A program made the translations under genes and the position numbers. A DNA stretch of 64,000 nt from contig NC_083282.1 of assembly GCF_963506605.1 (NCBI RefSeq), forward strand, positions 17,484,001-17,548,000, read 5' to 3'. The notes under the pieces were generated by a model that was given only the letters and a program-made list of their open reading frames with translations, was not told the origin of the DNA and did not search any database. The stretch comes from Zootoca vivipara (taxonomy: Eukaryota). Positions 1 through 13,749 of this stretch are shown here, in pieces. Numbering within the stretch: position 1 is the stretch's first letter; each line of letters starts with the position of its first letter.

Positions 1-3000
1 AGCCATCATGGAGGGTTTAGCGATATTAGGAACATTTATATTCCTTTAATGAGACCAAGAAGTGTGCCACTACAAATAGCCTATGGAAACTCCAACGCAG
101 ACATTTGGAACATACAGTACATAGTATTTATCACTATAAACATATTCATTCAGTATTCTAGCTGGGCCAGAAAGAATGACATTTTGAATGTGCATTTGCA
201 TAGGACTTTGAAAAAAGATTCAGATGATTTCCTTCAATGCACTCATTCCCCTTGATCCCTTCCCAGAATCACTCTCAGAGTACCTGCAATTGTATGCCTA
301 CAACCTACATATCGGTTCATAAACTTACTCCTATTTGCATTGCTCCTATTTGCATGAAGAAGTGATATGTACCCCTTCTCTCCACCATGCACATCACATG
401 GGGCTATGAAGTGATGCTCTGAAAAGCATTATCTTTCCATCCATAGAGGTGCATGCAGACTTTGGCATGGAGTGTTCTCCCCATGATGGGAATTATGAGG
501 AAACACAAGGTGCACATACAAGAACCTTGCTAAAGCTAAAGAGGTCTGGATCTGGTCAGCACCATGTATTGGAGAGAAGCACCTAGGAATGCTATGTATG
601 CTAGCTGGAGTCCTACCATGGAAAAAGGTGGGGTGTAGGAACATAGATCAACTGTCTTCCTCCCTAGTTCTGTATTGTCTGTAATGATTGGCAGAAGTTA
701 TCCAGGGTTTCAGATAGCAGACATTCCTGGCCACACCTAGAGTTGCCAAGGGATTGAACCTGAGACCTTCTGTGTGCAAGGAAGAAGCTCTGCCACCAGT
801 GCTGTGCCAGGCTATTTCACACCCTAGGCGAGGCTAGCTACTTGCAGCCAGCATTTGAAATTCCCCAGGCACATTTTACATCTGGCTATCAGCCACTTGC
901 AACCAAGTGAATATGCCCAGGCGCCAGGAGGTGCATGCCTGGGAATCCTTGGATCCTGACTGTTTTCACACACTAGCAACACATCCTGTAGATTTCTATG
1001 CATTATATTTTGGTTCTGCACAATCAGAACCAAAAAGCCGCATTGAAAAATAAGACTTTAGAACTGTCTGGCCCCAAATGACAACTAGACATTCCATTTT
1101 GGTGACTAACCTTTGACTTAAGGAGGCACCTAGCTTATATATATATATCTAACACTGCCCATGACCCATGTGGGAAACAGTGCTATTTTACTAATTTTAC
1201 ACTACCTTTCAAAATACTCAAGGTGGCTTCATATACCTTAAAAGAAAATCATGAGCATCAAAATGCAAACATAATAAAATGAACCACAACCAAAGAAAAT
1301 GCAGTGCTTAGAGGTCACGTAACCTTCATTCATAAAAACATGAAGATATTCACCAAAAAAACCCCATTTTCATCAAGAAAGGAAGGAAAGAAAAGGAGGG
1401 AGGTATACAATCTGAATGGGTTGTTTTCCCCTTCATGATAAATTACCAGCTACCAACCTTACATACCAGATTTGTTCTTGATATTGCTGCTGCAATGCTG
1501 TATCGATTTGTTGTCCTTAGGCATCCATGCATATATTAGGGCATTTCCAAATGAAACCCCAGATTCATTTCATTTCTTGCCTTATAAACTAGTCTGATGA
1601 ATGGAATCCGATGGTTTAATTATTTCAGTAAACATAATCATGGCGCTGCTAACTACACCAGAGAGCCCTTTATTTCCCTAATTTTTTAGCAATGCGAGCC
1701 TACTGGTAATGAAAGGCTTGCTGCATTAATGACGCCGAAAATCTCCAAGGAAAACATTTAAGGTCCAACTCATAATGTTATGCTAGAATTACATGCACAG
1801 AAGACTTTTTAATAATCTTTGTTTCCTAATTTAGTTTTGATTGGCTAGGAAATCCATAGTGGCACTCAAAGGCTTGCTTTTACGCTGCCATCAGCAACTC
1901 AGCTCTATAAATTGTACAAACGTACACAGACTTCCTCCATCTGTAGGCTGTTTCAAAGTCACTGTATAACCTCTCCAGGAAAAAGAAAGAAAGCTAAACT
2001 AAAATTGCAGCATGCTGCAGATAATTCCAAGATAAGTTGCAGTTTTTTAAAGACACTCGGATGTTGCACTGGGCTGTGACAGCAAAGGCTGCCTAGGAAA
2101 TAAAGAGTTCCTCTCTTCTGGTCGCTATTACTCTTCAATAAACTACTGTTTATTGCAAATTACAAGTGGACACTGGCAATTTGGTAGTTGCACCTCTGCT
2201 CTTTCTGCCTCCCTCACTGCACACTCCCACCCACACAATCATTCCTGCATAGCACCATGTTCTTTGGGCACCTAGCCACCCAGGGAGCTGGAAACAATAA
2301 ATTGTCATGAGAAATACACATGCACAAATATTAGGAATACAGGGAGCTGCCTTGGCTCAAACAGTCCATCTAGCTCCCTATTGTGTTCCTTGACTGGCAG
2401 CAGCTCTCCAAGGTTGCAAGCAGAGAAGTAAATACACCAGCATCCTGCTCTTTCAGACCTAAGATCTATCCAGTTCAGCATCTGGAAAGCCCACAAGCAG
2501 CTCTTTCTCAGTCCTTCCTGGAGACGCCGGGAAATGAACCTAGGGCTTCTTGCACATGCTCCACCACCTTCAAGCAATAGCCCAGGAGTGATGCTGATGA
2601 AATTGGCCCATGTGCACTTTTTGTTGGATTTTGATCTTCTGAATGACCTCATCTTGTTTGCAGCATGACCTCATCTGATATTATTATTATTATTATGGGC
2701 TTTATCTGCTCATGTACAGCTTGCCTTTCTTACTCCCCCTCCCATACAGATTGCCAATGCACATTAGCACATATGTGCATTTCCTTAAAACACAGGATGA
2801 AAAGGAGCCTTTGCACGGTCACGTCACACAAGGGCCCCCAAGATTCCTTTCCGTGATGTGATTTAACTGAGGTGCACATATACATGTGTGCATTGATAAA
2901 ATAATAGTGGGGTGGTGGAATCCTGTCTGAAGCTCCTTTAAAAAATTTTCTTCATATTTTTTAACATCAAAAACATCCACTGAAACAAAATAACACTGAT

Positions 3001-5246
3001 ACAAACTTGGGGTTCTCTGAACCCCCAGACTCCTCTCCCCCTGGTTTTCAAAAGTCTGAAGCTTCTTTTTACCCACTGTTTTAATTAATGCATATATGAG
3101 CTCTTCCAAGCCGGAAACTTGCAGAGAGGAGGAGGAGGGAAGCATCTACTGTAAACGGCTCATTATTGAAAATAATTTTAGAAATTATCAGTTTAAATCT
3201 GAAGGAAAGAGAGCTGGGCACAGAGCTGAAGGAACCCACAGTACAGCAGTGAAACAGAAAGAGGAATACTGTATCCACTCCTCGCTCCTGCCGTGGAGAC
3301 TGGATTACAAAAGGTTTCATTCTCTACACAGGTGAACATGATGCTAGCCATCATCAGCTTGGCCAAGCAGTGCAACAGCCATCATGATCATCAAAAGAAC
3401 AATCTTGCACAGATGAGGAAGAACTGCAACAGAATATTGCTGTGCACCTTCTCTTCCTAACAAGAGTGTGTTTCTTCTCCAGGTTCTAGTCAGTCAGTGT
3501 GCTCTGGGGTACTGGAAGCCATAAGAGGGCGTTCTATTCCCTCATTCCTAGTTTTCCAGCTTTCTTTTCCAACAATACTCAGTATTCCAAGTCTGTTTTA
3601 CATTATTTCTCCTAATGGACTTTTCTTAATGCCAAGGTTCCCCTTGGCGTGTTGATACCTCCCCACTTGTTTCCCCCTCTTGGCTCCCATGCTGTTGACA
3701 TCCTCCATTGGTACCCAGGCAGTGAGCAAGCATGGAAAGAGGAGATGCGCAGCAAAGCCTGGAATTTAATGCTTCCTGTATGTTGTTGGTCCTAGACAGT
3801 TTTTTAATCAAGCATTTATAACTTTATCTACACAAGTATGGTATATTGCAGCAGAAAAGGGATTAACAATGTAAGATGCACTCCTAACCCCACTTACCCA
3901 GGAGTAAGCCCTGTAGGACTTACTTATGAGTAAACAGGGTTAAGATTACATGGTTGGACACAGCAGCCTTGCGAAGAAGCCCTTAAAAGTGAGTAGCCCA
4001 CAATTCTGATCACCTACAAGCAATTCTTGTTTGCCACTGGTGATCAAGCAAGTAGTTATTTTAAAAACGCAACAAGGATTCCCTCCCTTTGTTCTGTTGA
4101 AGCTAATCTGCAGTCTCTGGTGAATAAATTCCTGGGAGTTTATTAACTTTTTGAATAAGCAAGAGAGAGAAAAAGCTGCGGATCAAATTTTTCATATGAC
4201 ATTTTCATTCATTCGTATGCCTGGGCTACAGACTGCACATGAACCCTTCCTGCTCTTTGAAACCTCAGGTCAGGGTCTGGAGACCAAACAAAGTACGTGA
4301 CCTGTCAAGAGTCTCGATCAAGGCCAGAAACACTTTAAAGGAAAGCCATATGCTAACTGCGTGCCTACCATGACTGTGATTTGGAACATGCTAAATTTAA
4401 AACATCCCTGTGAAACCTTCATCCCATTCTCAGCATGTTAACATTCCTCAAAGCAGAAGTATTAAAAATGAAATCTTCCTGTGACTAGATCACATTGCAT
4501 GTCTCCACCACAGCGAATTTACACAAGAGGTTGCTTTATACGGAGTCAGACCATTGCTTCATCTACACCTCAGTGCTGTCTACATTAGCATGAAGTAGCT
4601 TTCCTGGGTTTCAGGCAGGAGTCTTGGGTTTTCCCAGCCCTATCCAAAGATGCCAAGAATTGCATAGAAAGCACATCATTCTACCAGTGAACTATCATTC
4701 TTCACCAAACATGTATCTCTCAGTCATTTCAGAAGCAGAGCACCCAACTCTTTACAAAAAGCACACTTTTAAAAATTACATGAATTAATCATGGATCTGC
4801 AATATTATTTTATAGGTGTTATTAACACAATTCCCTCCTGCCCAAATGAAATGAATACCAGAGCTTGCAGCCCTCTTGTACCACTTTTGCTCATTTCAAT
4901 GTGGTACACACTGGGTAGACTATGCCCTAAATGAGCTTCCAGCATGTGTGTACAGGTTAAGACAGAATTTTTACGTCCAGCATTTTGACAAAACCAGAGC
5001 ATAAGTTTTCACTGCACCTAAATTATAGAGCAAGTTTACAAATGGTGAGATTCCATATATATTGTATGTATCACACATATACCAGCTTAGTGAAACTCTA
5101 GGGACTCATACGCAGGTCAAGTCAGCATTTTTATCCAATGCTGATTTAAATAGCTATTAGGTTATTCATCTTGCCCAAGAGAAGCGTGCTTCTAACTTTG
5201 GGATTTTGGGTTCGTTCATTTATAGGAAAACAGCACACACACTCAG

Positions 5247-5254
5247 AAATAATA

Positions 5255-5293
<39 letters not shown>
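5247..5293. repeat. (AAT)n microsatellite
   Basis: Direct reading. Confidence 0.95.
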
Positions 5294-5295
<2 letters not shown>

Positions 5296-5794
5296 CGTAA
5301 ATGCTCTGAAAAAATAGGATTGCCATACACGTAGGAAAGTTTCTCTAGGAATCTTTTTGCAGAAGCTTGTTACCTTCTTAGGGGAAGTTACCTGGCAGAG
5401 TTCAGATGCTCTGCACCACTTAATGATGCTGGCAACACCAAGATACACTTGAAATCAAATCTTGTTAACCTTGGTTGCATTTTTATCCCCACCAGGAGCT
5501 GAACCCAGGTGCATTTCAACTCAAAATACTGCAGTTGTGAAAGGACACACCTTTCATTTGAAGGAACCAGTAATGGTTTTGCCACTGATACCAACTGAAC
5601 CTAAACAAAACCATACTGAATGACTACTTATCACCTAGGTTTTTCAGACCTATAGTATAGAGTGACATGCAAATTTTGCCATAAACCTAAATCCTTGGTC
5701 TTGGTTCACAAGACTGAAGTTAATGATATTCGCTTTGTTGTGCTGAGGGATCTATCCTTTAGGCCACAATTCAACATTCAGGTTTTTGCCTTAC

Positions 5795-6040
5795 CATTCC
5801 GCAGAAGGTCTCTGGTGGATTTCCACATGTTATGTCTGGTGGATCCAGGCTCACTTTCACATATTTCATCATATCTATGGCTTCCGGCTGACAGGCCGTG
5901 TAATCCCAAAACTTCCCTTCATCTGTGTAAATCTGGGTCTTACACACATCGTAATGCCCCCAAGCCGAAGTGTAGTGCTGTATCACCGATGACACAGTAA
6001 CCCAAAGGGCATGAAGTGACAAGAATCTTGACAAATACAT
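5795..6040 (-). CDS. NTNG1: Netrin-G1, first coding exon (signal peptide and start of laminin N-terminal domain, 82 codons)
   Basis: Translation MYLSRFLSLHALWVTVSSVIQHY...YDVCKTQIYTDEGKFWDYTACQPE...VKVSLDPPDITCGNPPETFCGM matches the vertebrate netrin-G1 N-terminus. ATG at 6040; phase-0 donor ATG|GTAAGG at 5795/5794. Remaining exons lie left of the window. Confidence 0.96.
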
Positions 6041-6513
6041 CTCTAAATCCTTCACAGGTGCCTTGACAGCTATAACCAGTAGCAATCAAAGGTGTGGTCT
6101 ATATTATACATGTATGTACACCAGGAGTTGCGAGTTACTGTAAAAACATGTTCCGGATCAGAGCAGAAGAGTTAGGTTACAGTGGTTGCTTTTTACAGTT
6201 GGAAACTTTGGTGGTAGCCTGGCATTACAAAGAGATGTTTTTCATTTGAAGGATGTCCATTGCCTTAAAAACAACAACAACGTATCAGGGCCTTAATCAC
6301 ATATGTAAAGGACGTCCAAAATCAGATGATAGCTTAGCAATGCTGCCAGACTCCTCAGCTGTGTAGTCAGTAATCCTGAGCGATCCTCTTCTTTCCCGGC
6401 TCATGAGGAATGGCCAGCCAAACCGATAAATCAGTTGTTGGAGCAAAACGATGAGCATCTACAGGCCTGTGTCTAACTGCCATCAATCATTCTTTTCTTC
6501 TGGCACCAGCACC
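6041..6513 (-). other. NTNG1: 5' UTR part of the NTNG1 first coding exon
   Basis: Minus-strand acceptor-like sequence CTCTTACTTTTATTGTTTCTAAAAG|GGTGCTG places the exon start at 6513; repeat-free and contiguous with the CDS. Boundary inferred, no RNA evidence. Confidence 0.6.
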
Positions 6514-7159
6514 CTTTTAGAAACAATAAAAGTAAGAGTTATTGTCCAAGAATCAATGCATTAGAAAAATATACGATATGTTGACATTTCAAGAGCCTTT
6601 GATACAATATAAGGTAAATTGGAATAATCTGGATAACCTTTACTGGAGGGGCTTTTACTGGAGTGAACAAACTACCGGAATCACTCATCACCAAAACTAT
6701 TTTGACAAGAAAGATTTAACTCCTCTCTAACAAAGACAGATATGTAGCATTCTCCCTCTTTCCCTTGGTTTATTTGCTTCAGAAATTTTGGCAAAGCCCG
6801 AGAGCAAGAAATAGCCCCTTAAACAGCTTTTGAATTTCATAGCCAAAAGGGGGATAGAAACCCCCAACCCACAGAGGTAGTGGATCTTTTATTACAGCGA
6901 CAAAGGGCTGACAACAACTTGTGTGCTTTTCATCTCTTGGAAAGAGGGCCTGGGAGACAGCTCCAAGTGTCTAGTACATGTCTCAGCTTTTGTTAGCTTA
7001 ATAAGAGAGATATTATGAGCACACTTCTGTCTCTTTGGATTTTTCCTCATTAGCACTGCAAGAGCTTTGCTTCTTTTGTTTAATTGTGTTTAATGACAAA
7101 GATAACAGTTGGCTCATTTGCAGCTTATAATAATTTCCTCTTTCTATAGGCCTTCTGTA

Positions 7160-7205
<46 letters not shown>
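7160..7205. repeat. (TAT)n microsatellite
   Basis: Direct reading. Confidence 0.95.
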
Positions 7206-8721
7206 TTAATGTCCCTTTATGTGTCAATTTCCAGAGCCATCCTCTCAAACCCCCTCTGTTTACAGGAGAGGGACATAAAACACTGTGCTGTAAATTAATT
7301 AAATGCTACAACTTTTTTTTTTAAAAAAAACCCAATACAAAATCATGCACAGAACCATAGGATAGAGGTGTTCACCTAACAGCCATCAGGCTTAATCAAA
7401 TCCCCCTCCCCCCCAAAAAAAATACATTATTTCCTGTCCTCTGGGGTGGTTTGTAGTAGATCAGAAACGGTTTCTGACTGCCAGTTGTTAAACAGTACCA
7501 GCAACAAAATAACTTTCCCCACCTAAATTAACGAAAAGAAGAGAACTGGGAGTGGACTTTCTGTGGAGGGGACTTTCAGCTCAGTTCTAGTACTCAAAAT
7601 AAATTCCTACGGCATCTTCTGCTTTGATTCCAATTATATGTCCTAGTAGACAACGAGAATATAGATTCGACAAGCTTGAAGTCTGCCCAGCCCTGCTCTA
7701 CCAGATTTTAGTTAAGTTGTGATCAAAAGTTCCCAAGAGGTTTTTTTTTGGGGGGGGGAGTTTACAGGCTCCAAGAAGTAAAGGCATTCCACACTTGATT
7801 GTGACATCTCTCTTGGATTTTGCATACAGCTTGTGCATATGTGTATATAATACGAATTTTGAGCTCAAAATCTGTGAAGCCCTTAGGTTTAGATGGTGCC
7901 AATTGGTTCATGGATCCAAGCAAATCAGATTGTTCCAACTTAGAGTCTAGCACCTGGAGAATAGTGTGGCCCCTGAAAATACGAAAGTTTAGTTATTCCC
8001 TGGGACGGGCCACAGTCCTCAGACCTATGCCGAGATGGAAGCATTTCAATATGCCACTCTGTTTGCCTTTAATGATGCTGTCTGAACATTGGGAGCCTGA
8101 TCTACAGACTTCAAGGGAACAAGGAGCTGTTTTTTTCTGGCAATTTTCCCCAAGATGATGTGTTTAACCATATAGCCCCATTCTTAACAATCTGTTTGTT
8201 ATTAAGCCACCATCCGCCACCAGCTCTCCCAGAGTCTTACCCTTGGCATATGGAAGCAGCTGTGCTTCATACAGCTGCTTACCTCTGTGAGTTTTGATCT
8301 TCTAGCTAGTTGCATTATTGAGACTATGATGCCACATACATGAAAAAAAAGCTCCCCACATTGTAGCAACCTCTTACAGCTCATTCCAGAAAACATCTAC
8401 TTCCAGGGAAAGGGAACCTGGTCTTCAAAGCAATTTTTGTAAACAAATTCCATCTATTCAAAGAAGGCACCGTCTTGAAACTGAACTCAGCTACAGAGAC
8501 TACGCAGTGCCAGCAGATGGTTGAATTGTGTTTCCATAGCAAATTACAATAATTGCCTTATGGACGCAAGTGCAATTTCCTATTATATTCATTTCATAAA
8601 ATGGTATTGTACAGCTGTTACATGCATTGCATTGCATTAGAAAGTGTTCTGGCTACTTGAATTTCCTTCCAGCAACGAGCTGAACAATGTTGGAATTTTA
8701 AATTGTCACAAACCTAGAAGC

Positions 8722-8726
<5 letters not shown>

Positions 8727-8764
<38 letters not shown>
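8727..8764. repeat. (CA)n microsatellite
   Basis: Direct reading. Confidence 0.95.
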
Positions 8765-8767
<3 letters not shown>

Positions 8768-11700
8768 TCAACGAACATACTTTTAAAACCATATCATCTT
8801 GTCCAACATCTCCCTTCAGTTTTGGTATGCTTAGTCTTATGTAATCATCACCAAGATAATTCATGCATTCATTTGGTAATTTAGAAACAGCATTTGATTC
8901 ATTTCAAATTTACTGTTTTAGAGTTTCTTCCATTGTATACTTCAAAATGCATCTTTTTAGAAAGAAGGCAAATTTCCTTTCCCCGCTCCCATTCATCATT
9001 GGGGTGGGGAAGGTTTTACTAAAGAAATAATTCACTTTTTTGGTATTATTTGATCTTTTCTTTAAGAAATCAAATGTATGATTACCAGAAAAAGCCATAT
9101 ATAATGAATGCTGAAATGATGAAGTACCTTTGTGAATAAAAAGATGCACTTCTGCAAGTAAGCCCTATTATTTTCAGGACCCTTTACTCCTGAGCAAATG
9201 TGTGCTTAAATACCTAACCTTTCTCATGGAGTTTTTCTCTCTTTTTTTAAATCAAGATGTCAGCACACACACAAAGCACAAATGCAGAAAGTGGAGACTA
9301 AGAGCAGCACTGAACACTACCCCTCTGTTCACTAGGCTATACCCTTTCCCCTGTATAATGAATCCTCATTAAGGAAAGTTTAGAGTCATGATGATGGTCA
9401 TTACGCAAAATTATAGACTATCATTGATCGAATTTAGTGTGCTGACAAGGGGAAAGTGGAGAAGATTCTGCAGGTGATTTGAGCATCAGACAGATACCAG
9501 AACATGTGAATGGCATGTTTGACAAGAAGCAGCCAATTATAGCTTAAATTTCTGGCACCTGTCCGGTACATGATTAATAGTTTTCTATTACATTACAGAC
9601 ATATTATTAATGTATTAAAAATGTCATGCTTTGGCTGGCAGGATCTCATTATTAATGAGCTCTCACTGACACAGGGAAAGATACTGACTTAAGATCATAG
9701 GCTAAGGGTCGTTGGTGTTTGGGGCAACAGCATCCCTTGTGTGCCTTTCCCTCCTCCTGCTCTCCATTATTTCTGTATGATGTAGAGTCACTATTTATAC
9801 TAATGACCTATATGTGTTGTATGTTTTGTCTTTGTCTTTTATATTTTATATATATGCCAATAAAGGTGTTGAAATTGAAAAGCATCATGTGACCCATGTT
9901 GCATTTATGCATGGGAAGGCGGGGGGCAACTCATGAATGCCAGCTCTCAGCTACCTACAGTCGTAATGATTTTATTTTTTTGCACGAACTCACAAATTTC
10001 CACTTTGATCCTAAACAGAACAGCAGTTTATTCCAGCACAATTCAAATAAGATTCCTAGTTGAACTTCCTTAGGATCATAAACTTTTTGAACATTAACAT
10101 CTGTAGTGGAGTTAAGGAGCGTTGAAGAATCAAGTAGGATTCTGCCACTACCGCCCCATCATTTTCCTAATTCATATTTGATCTATAACAGCAAAGTGCA
10201 AATAACAGACGTCTGGTGTTGTGAATCCTCTCAAGAGTTTATAACCTCTGCCTACTATCCAATCATGCAATCTGCCATATTAAACTGAATTGATCCACAG
10301 CATCTCACATACAAAAACGAGCATCTTCCTTAGTTGAAGGAAAGGTAATTGCAATCTGCTGAAAAAAATGAATTATGCTAAGTGTATTCAACAGAGGCAC
10401 AACACACAGTGCGTTGGAGCTGTCCCTTGTTTCTGATAGCTCATCACTCCCGAGGTATTTTGACCCTTAAATTTTCCACCTATGCCCTATTCTCCAGTGT
10501 CTGAAAAAAAAAGCCAGCAGGCATTTCACACCCACCACCCCCAGAAGCCAGCACACACATTCTTAACTTGCATTTATCATGACTTAAAACAGTGATATTA
10601 ATCGCTTCGTAATCAGCAATCTATTCTTAGGCATGGACCGGTAATCGATGCCCAGCCTTGCATGTTGCATTCATTACGCGTACCAAATTTGATACCCCAG
10701 CTCAGACACCAAAAGCGAATGCCAGCTGTAATTAATTATTATAAAAGAGAACTGTCAATTCTCATTAGCATTTTGCTGGCAAATGTAGCTTCTTGTAGTA
10801 GGCTTGGTCACTGGGAACAGCACCATCTTCCCACACTTGCAATAATCATCATCTCATTATAAAAACTGTCACCCAAGAATGAGATGATCGGGGACGCTGT
10901 CAGGAGAACTCTCCAGGTGAGGTTTGCCTTCACTACTTGGCTTGATTTTGATTTTTAAAAGAGTAAAAAAATAAAGAACCCAAACCAGTTCTAGTTATAT
11001 TTACTTCAAAAGAAGCAAAGCGTTTATGCATTTTAAGGAAGTGTGGTCAGGTTTGCAGCCTTTCGTTACACTGTCACATGCAAATCATACATAACTTAGT
11101 ACTGTAGATAGATTGGTAGATAGATAATGAAACCATGAAGCAGATATGTGTCAACTGTATTCTATGCTATTATCTACAGATAATTCTTTTAAAAAAAATC
11201 TTTCATGGCATTTGGGATGGTGTTTTCTTCAAAGGCTCCAATAATACTGTTATGAACACAATCCAGAACGTGCAATAAACCACCACAATTTTCCACTCCC
11301 CACCACCACCACCACCCAGGAAATGAAATCTGGTAGGGTAAGCCAGGATCTCGGCATTTAAAACTAGCCCACATAAAAAATAAAGGTCAAGCTCAGTCAA
11401 CTTTGGAAGCTAAAAGGGAACATATATATATAAAATAGGTTTTGCACTTTACCTCCTTGGATGTAGGATCAAAAATGGAAAATGCCAATTTTGTACAGTG
11501 CCCTCACGACTATGGAAACCTGGTGTATGCGAAACCTCTGCATATAGAACTAGCCCACTGCTTTTCATAAATACTAAATTAGCTGCTGAACAAGCAAAAA
11601 TAGGACCATATGGATAATTGGGTATATGCTTTATGCCCTTAGGCTTGGAAAGTAGTAAAATACATTGGGTGTGGGTGAAATATATAAGAGGATTTTGATG

Positions 11701-13749
11701 GTAAATAGTCTTGCTTTTTTTTTTTAAAAAAAAAAAAGCAATTAAAAAAAATTAACTGTGGAACAGTGCAGATATTTTTTCCTTGGGAAGGTAAGGGGGA
11801 TTTTTGGAATTCTAAGTTGTAAGGAGACAGAGAGAGAGAGAGACGAGATTTGAAATTTAATCACAAAAACCAAGGGCTCTAAAGCAACCTAACCCCCAAT
11901 GATGACTGTTCCGGTTTTTCTGTCTTGCAGCATTATCCGGAAAACACAGTACACGAATGCCTCACACAGTATTCAAATTGGAAGGAAAATGAATCACATG
12001 CTATCATTAGAGGGCAATATTATCAGTCACTGTTGGAAGCACGTATTGTTGTTATAACTGCCATAGATTGCTGAAGCGCCTCTCCTTCATTTAAGTAGCT
12101 GCTACAGAATAGCCTATTGCTTGCAACAGTTAGGCACAATTACCAGGGAAAGATTAGTGCCTGCCCAACGTAAGGAAAGTTGTTGGAAAGTAACAAACTG
12201 TGGCAACAATCCTGCATGTAGCAATGCAACCTGCAACACTCCATAAGAAAATTTTCCAGCTGAATTTCAATATTTATTACCACTTAAATATATGCAAGGA
12301 ACTGGCTGCCAATAAGCTAAAAAACCCTGGCTTTGTTTAAAATAATAGTAATAATTCTACACCTTTGATCACAAATGCAGTTGCATTTTTAAATGTGATT
12401 TAGGCGTGACAATTTGCCAAAGAATGAATATCCATCTCTAATAGCGAACTGCTGTGGAAATAGTTCATAGAGGATCCACAATGAGTCAAATGACACATTT
12501 TGTGGTGTACTTACCCAACTCTTTTGTTAGGGCAAAAACAGAAATCTTTCAAGTTCCTAAAACTTGACAGAAAAGTATGGGCTGAATTTATATAATGCTA
12601 TAAGTGACTTCCAGGAACACATTTAAAGTCTAACAAGATTGTGTTATGAAATCTATTTGACAGAATCATCTTTTACATATCCACTCAAGGGTAAAGCTCC
12701 ATTAAGTTCGCTGTGGCTTACTTCCAATTAAGCGGGTCTAGGACTGGGCTATTTTCAATCAGATCCTAAAAACAAAGAAACCTATGAGGAAAATGGCCTG
12801 GCAGCCCACAATCTACACCACTGCCTTATTTATTCTCCTGCTTTCATATATTTGGAAATCAGGAAGATGAAGAAACAAATATTTATCAGTATATGGCTCA
12901 TACTTTTTCTTTAAGTGAACAAGATGTAAAGCATGCAAACTTGTAAGAGTTGTTATCTGTTGAATACACATTTTCATCATAGCTCACTGTCATCTGATGC
13001 TTTGGGTTTTTTGGGGATAAACTCATATTTTCCTCTCTCGCCGCCCCACAACCCCAACACTTATATCTGACCAATTTAGAAATATTGTATTTCATTTCAG
13101 ATCAGAACGAAGACCCAGTGGAGTTGGGCTTAAGCCACCCCTCCCAGTCTTTTTGCTGTATTTTGTATCACATTTCATCCCTGCACAAAAATGTTTATTC
13201 ACAGAACTGAAAAAGCTACTCGGATTCAGAATGAATGGTGCACTTTTTAAAGCAGCTTTGGCTCAGATGATCCATTAAAAAGTACTCTGTATTTAGCAAA
13301 CGTATTCCCTTTTCTTACTGCCTATCAAAAAAAAAAAAACCACACACACACACACACATTTTTTTTCGGTGAAAGATCTCATGGCGAGGATAACCCTTTT
13401 TTGTAAATTGCAACAGTGAGGTTCTCTCCCTTCTTTAAATCTTGTGCAATCGATTCTGTGATTTTAAAATGAGATGCTAAGCTAGCAAGGTCCAGGGCAG
13501 GAAGGTAACAGATTGAAGGTTTCCATAGGAAGCAGAATTTAATTAGATGGTTCAGAATTGAGGACACCCCACTAGTAGAACAATGCATTTCAGGGGAGAC
13601 GGTGGCAGCCCAAGGAGTACATCTCTGGCTTCATTGCCTTGGCAGAAAAGATGCCTGGATCCCCACCACCACCACTGAACATATTCGGTGTTTGATAATA
13701 AAAGGTCGATTGCCCTCTTTCCTAGAAACATACCCTCTGAAATCCCCAG

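Noticed and set aside
5146-8844. ORFs with poly-L, poly-Y or HT runs
   Set aside because: Translations of (AAT)n, (TAT)n and (CA)n microsatellites.
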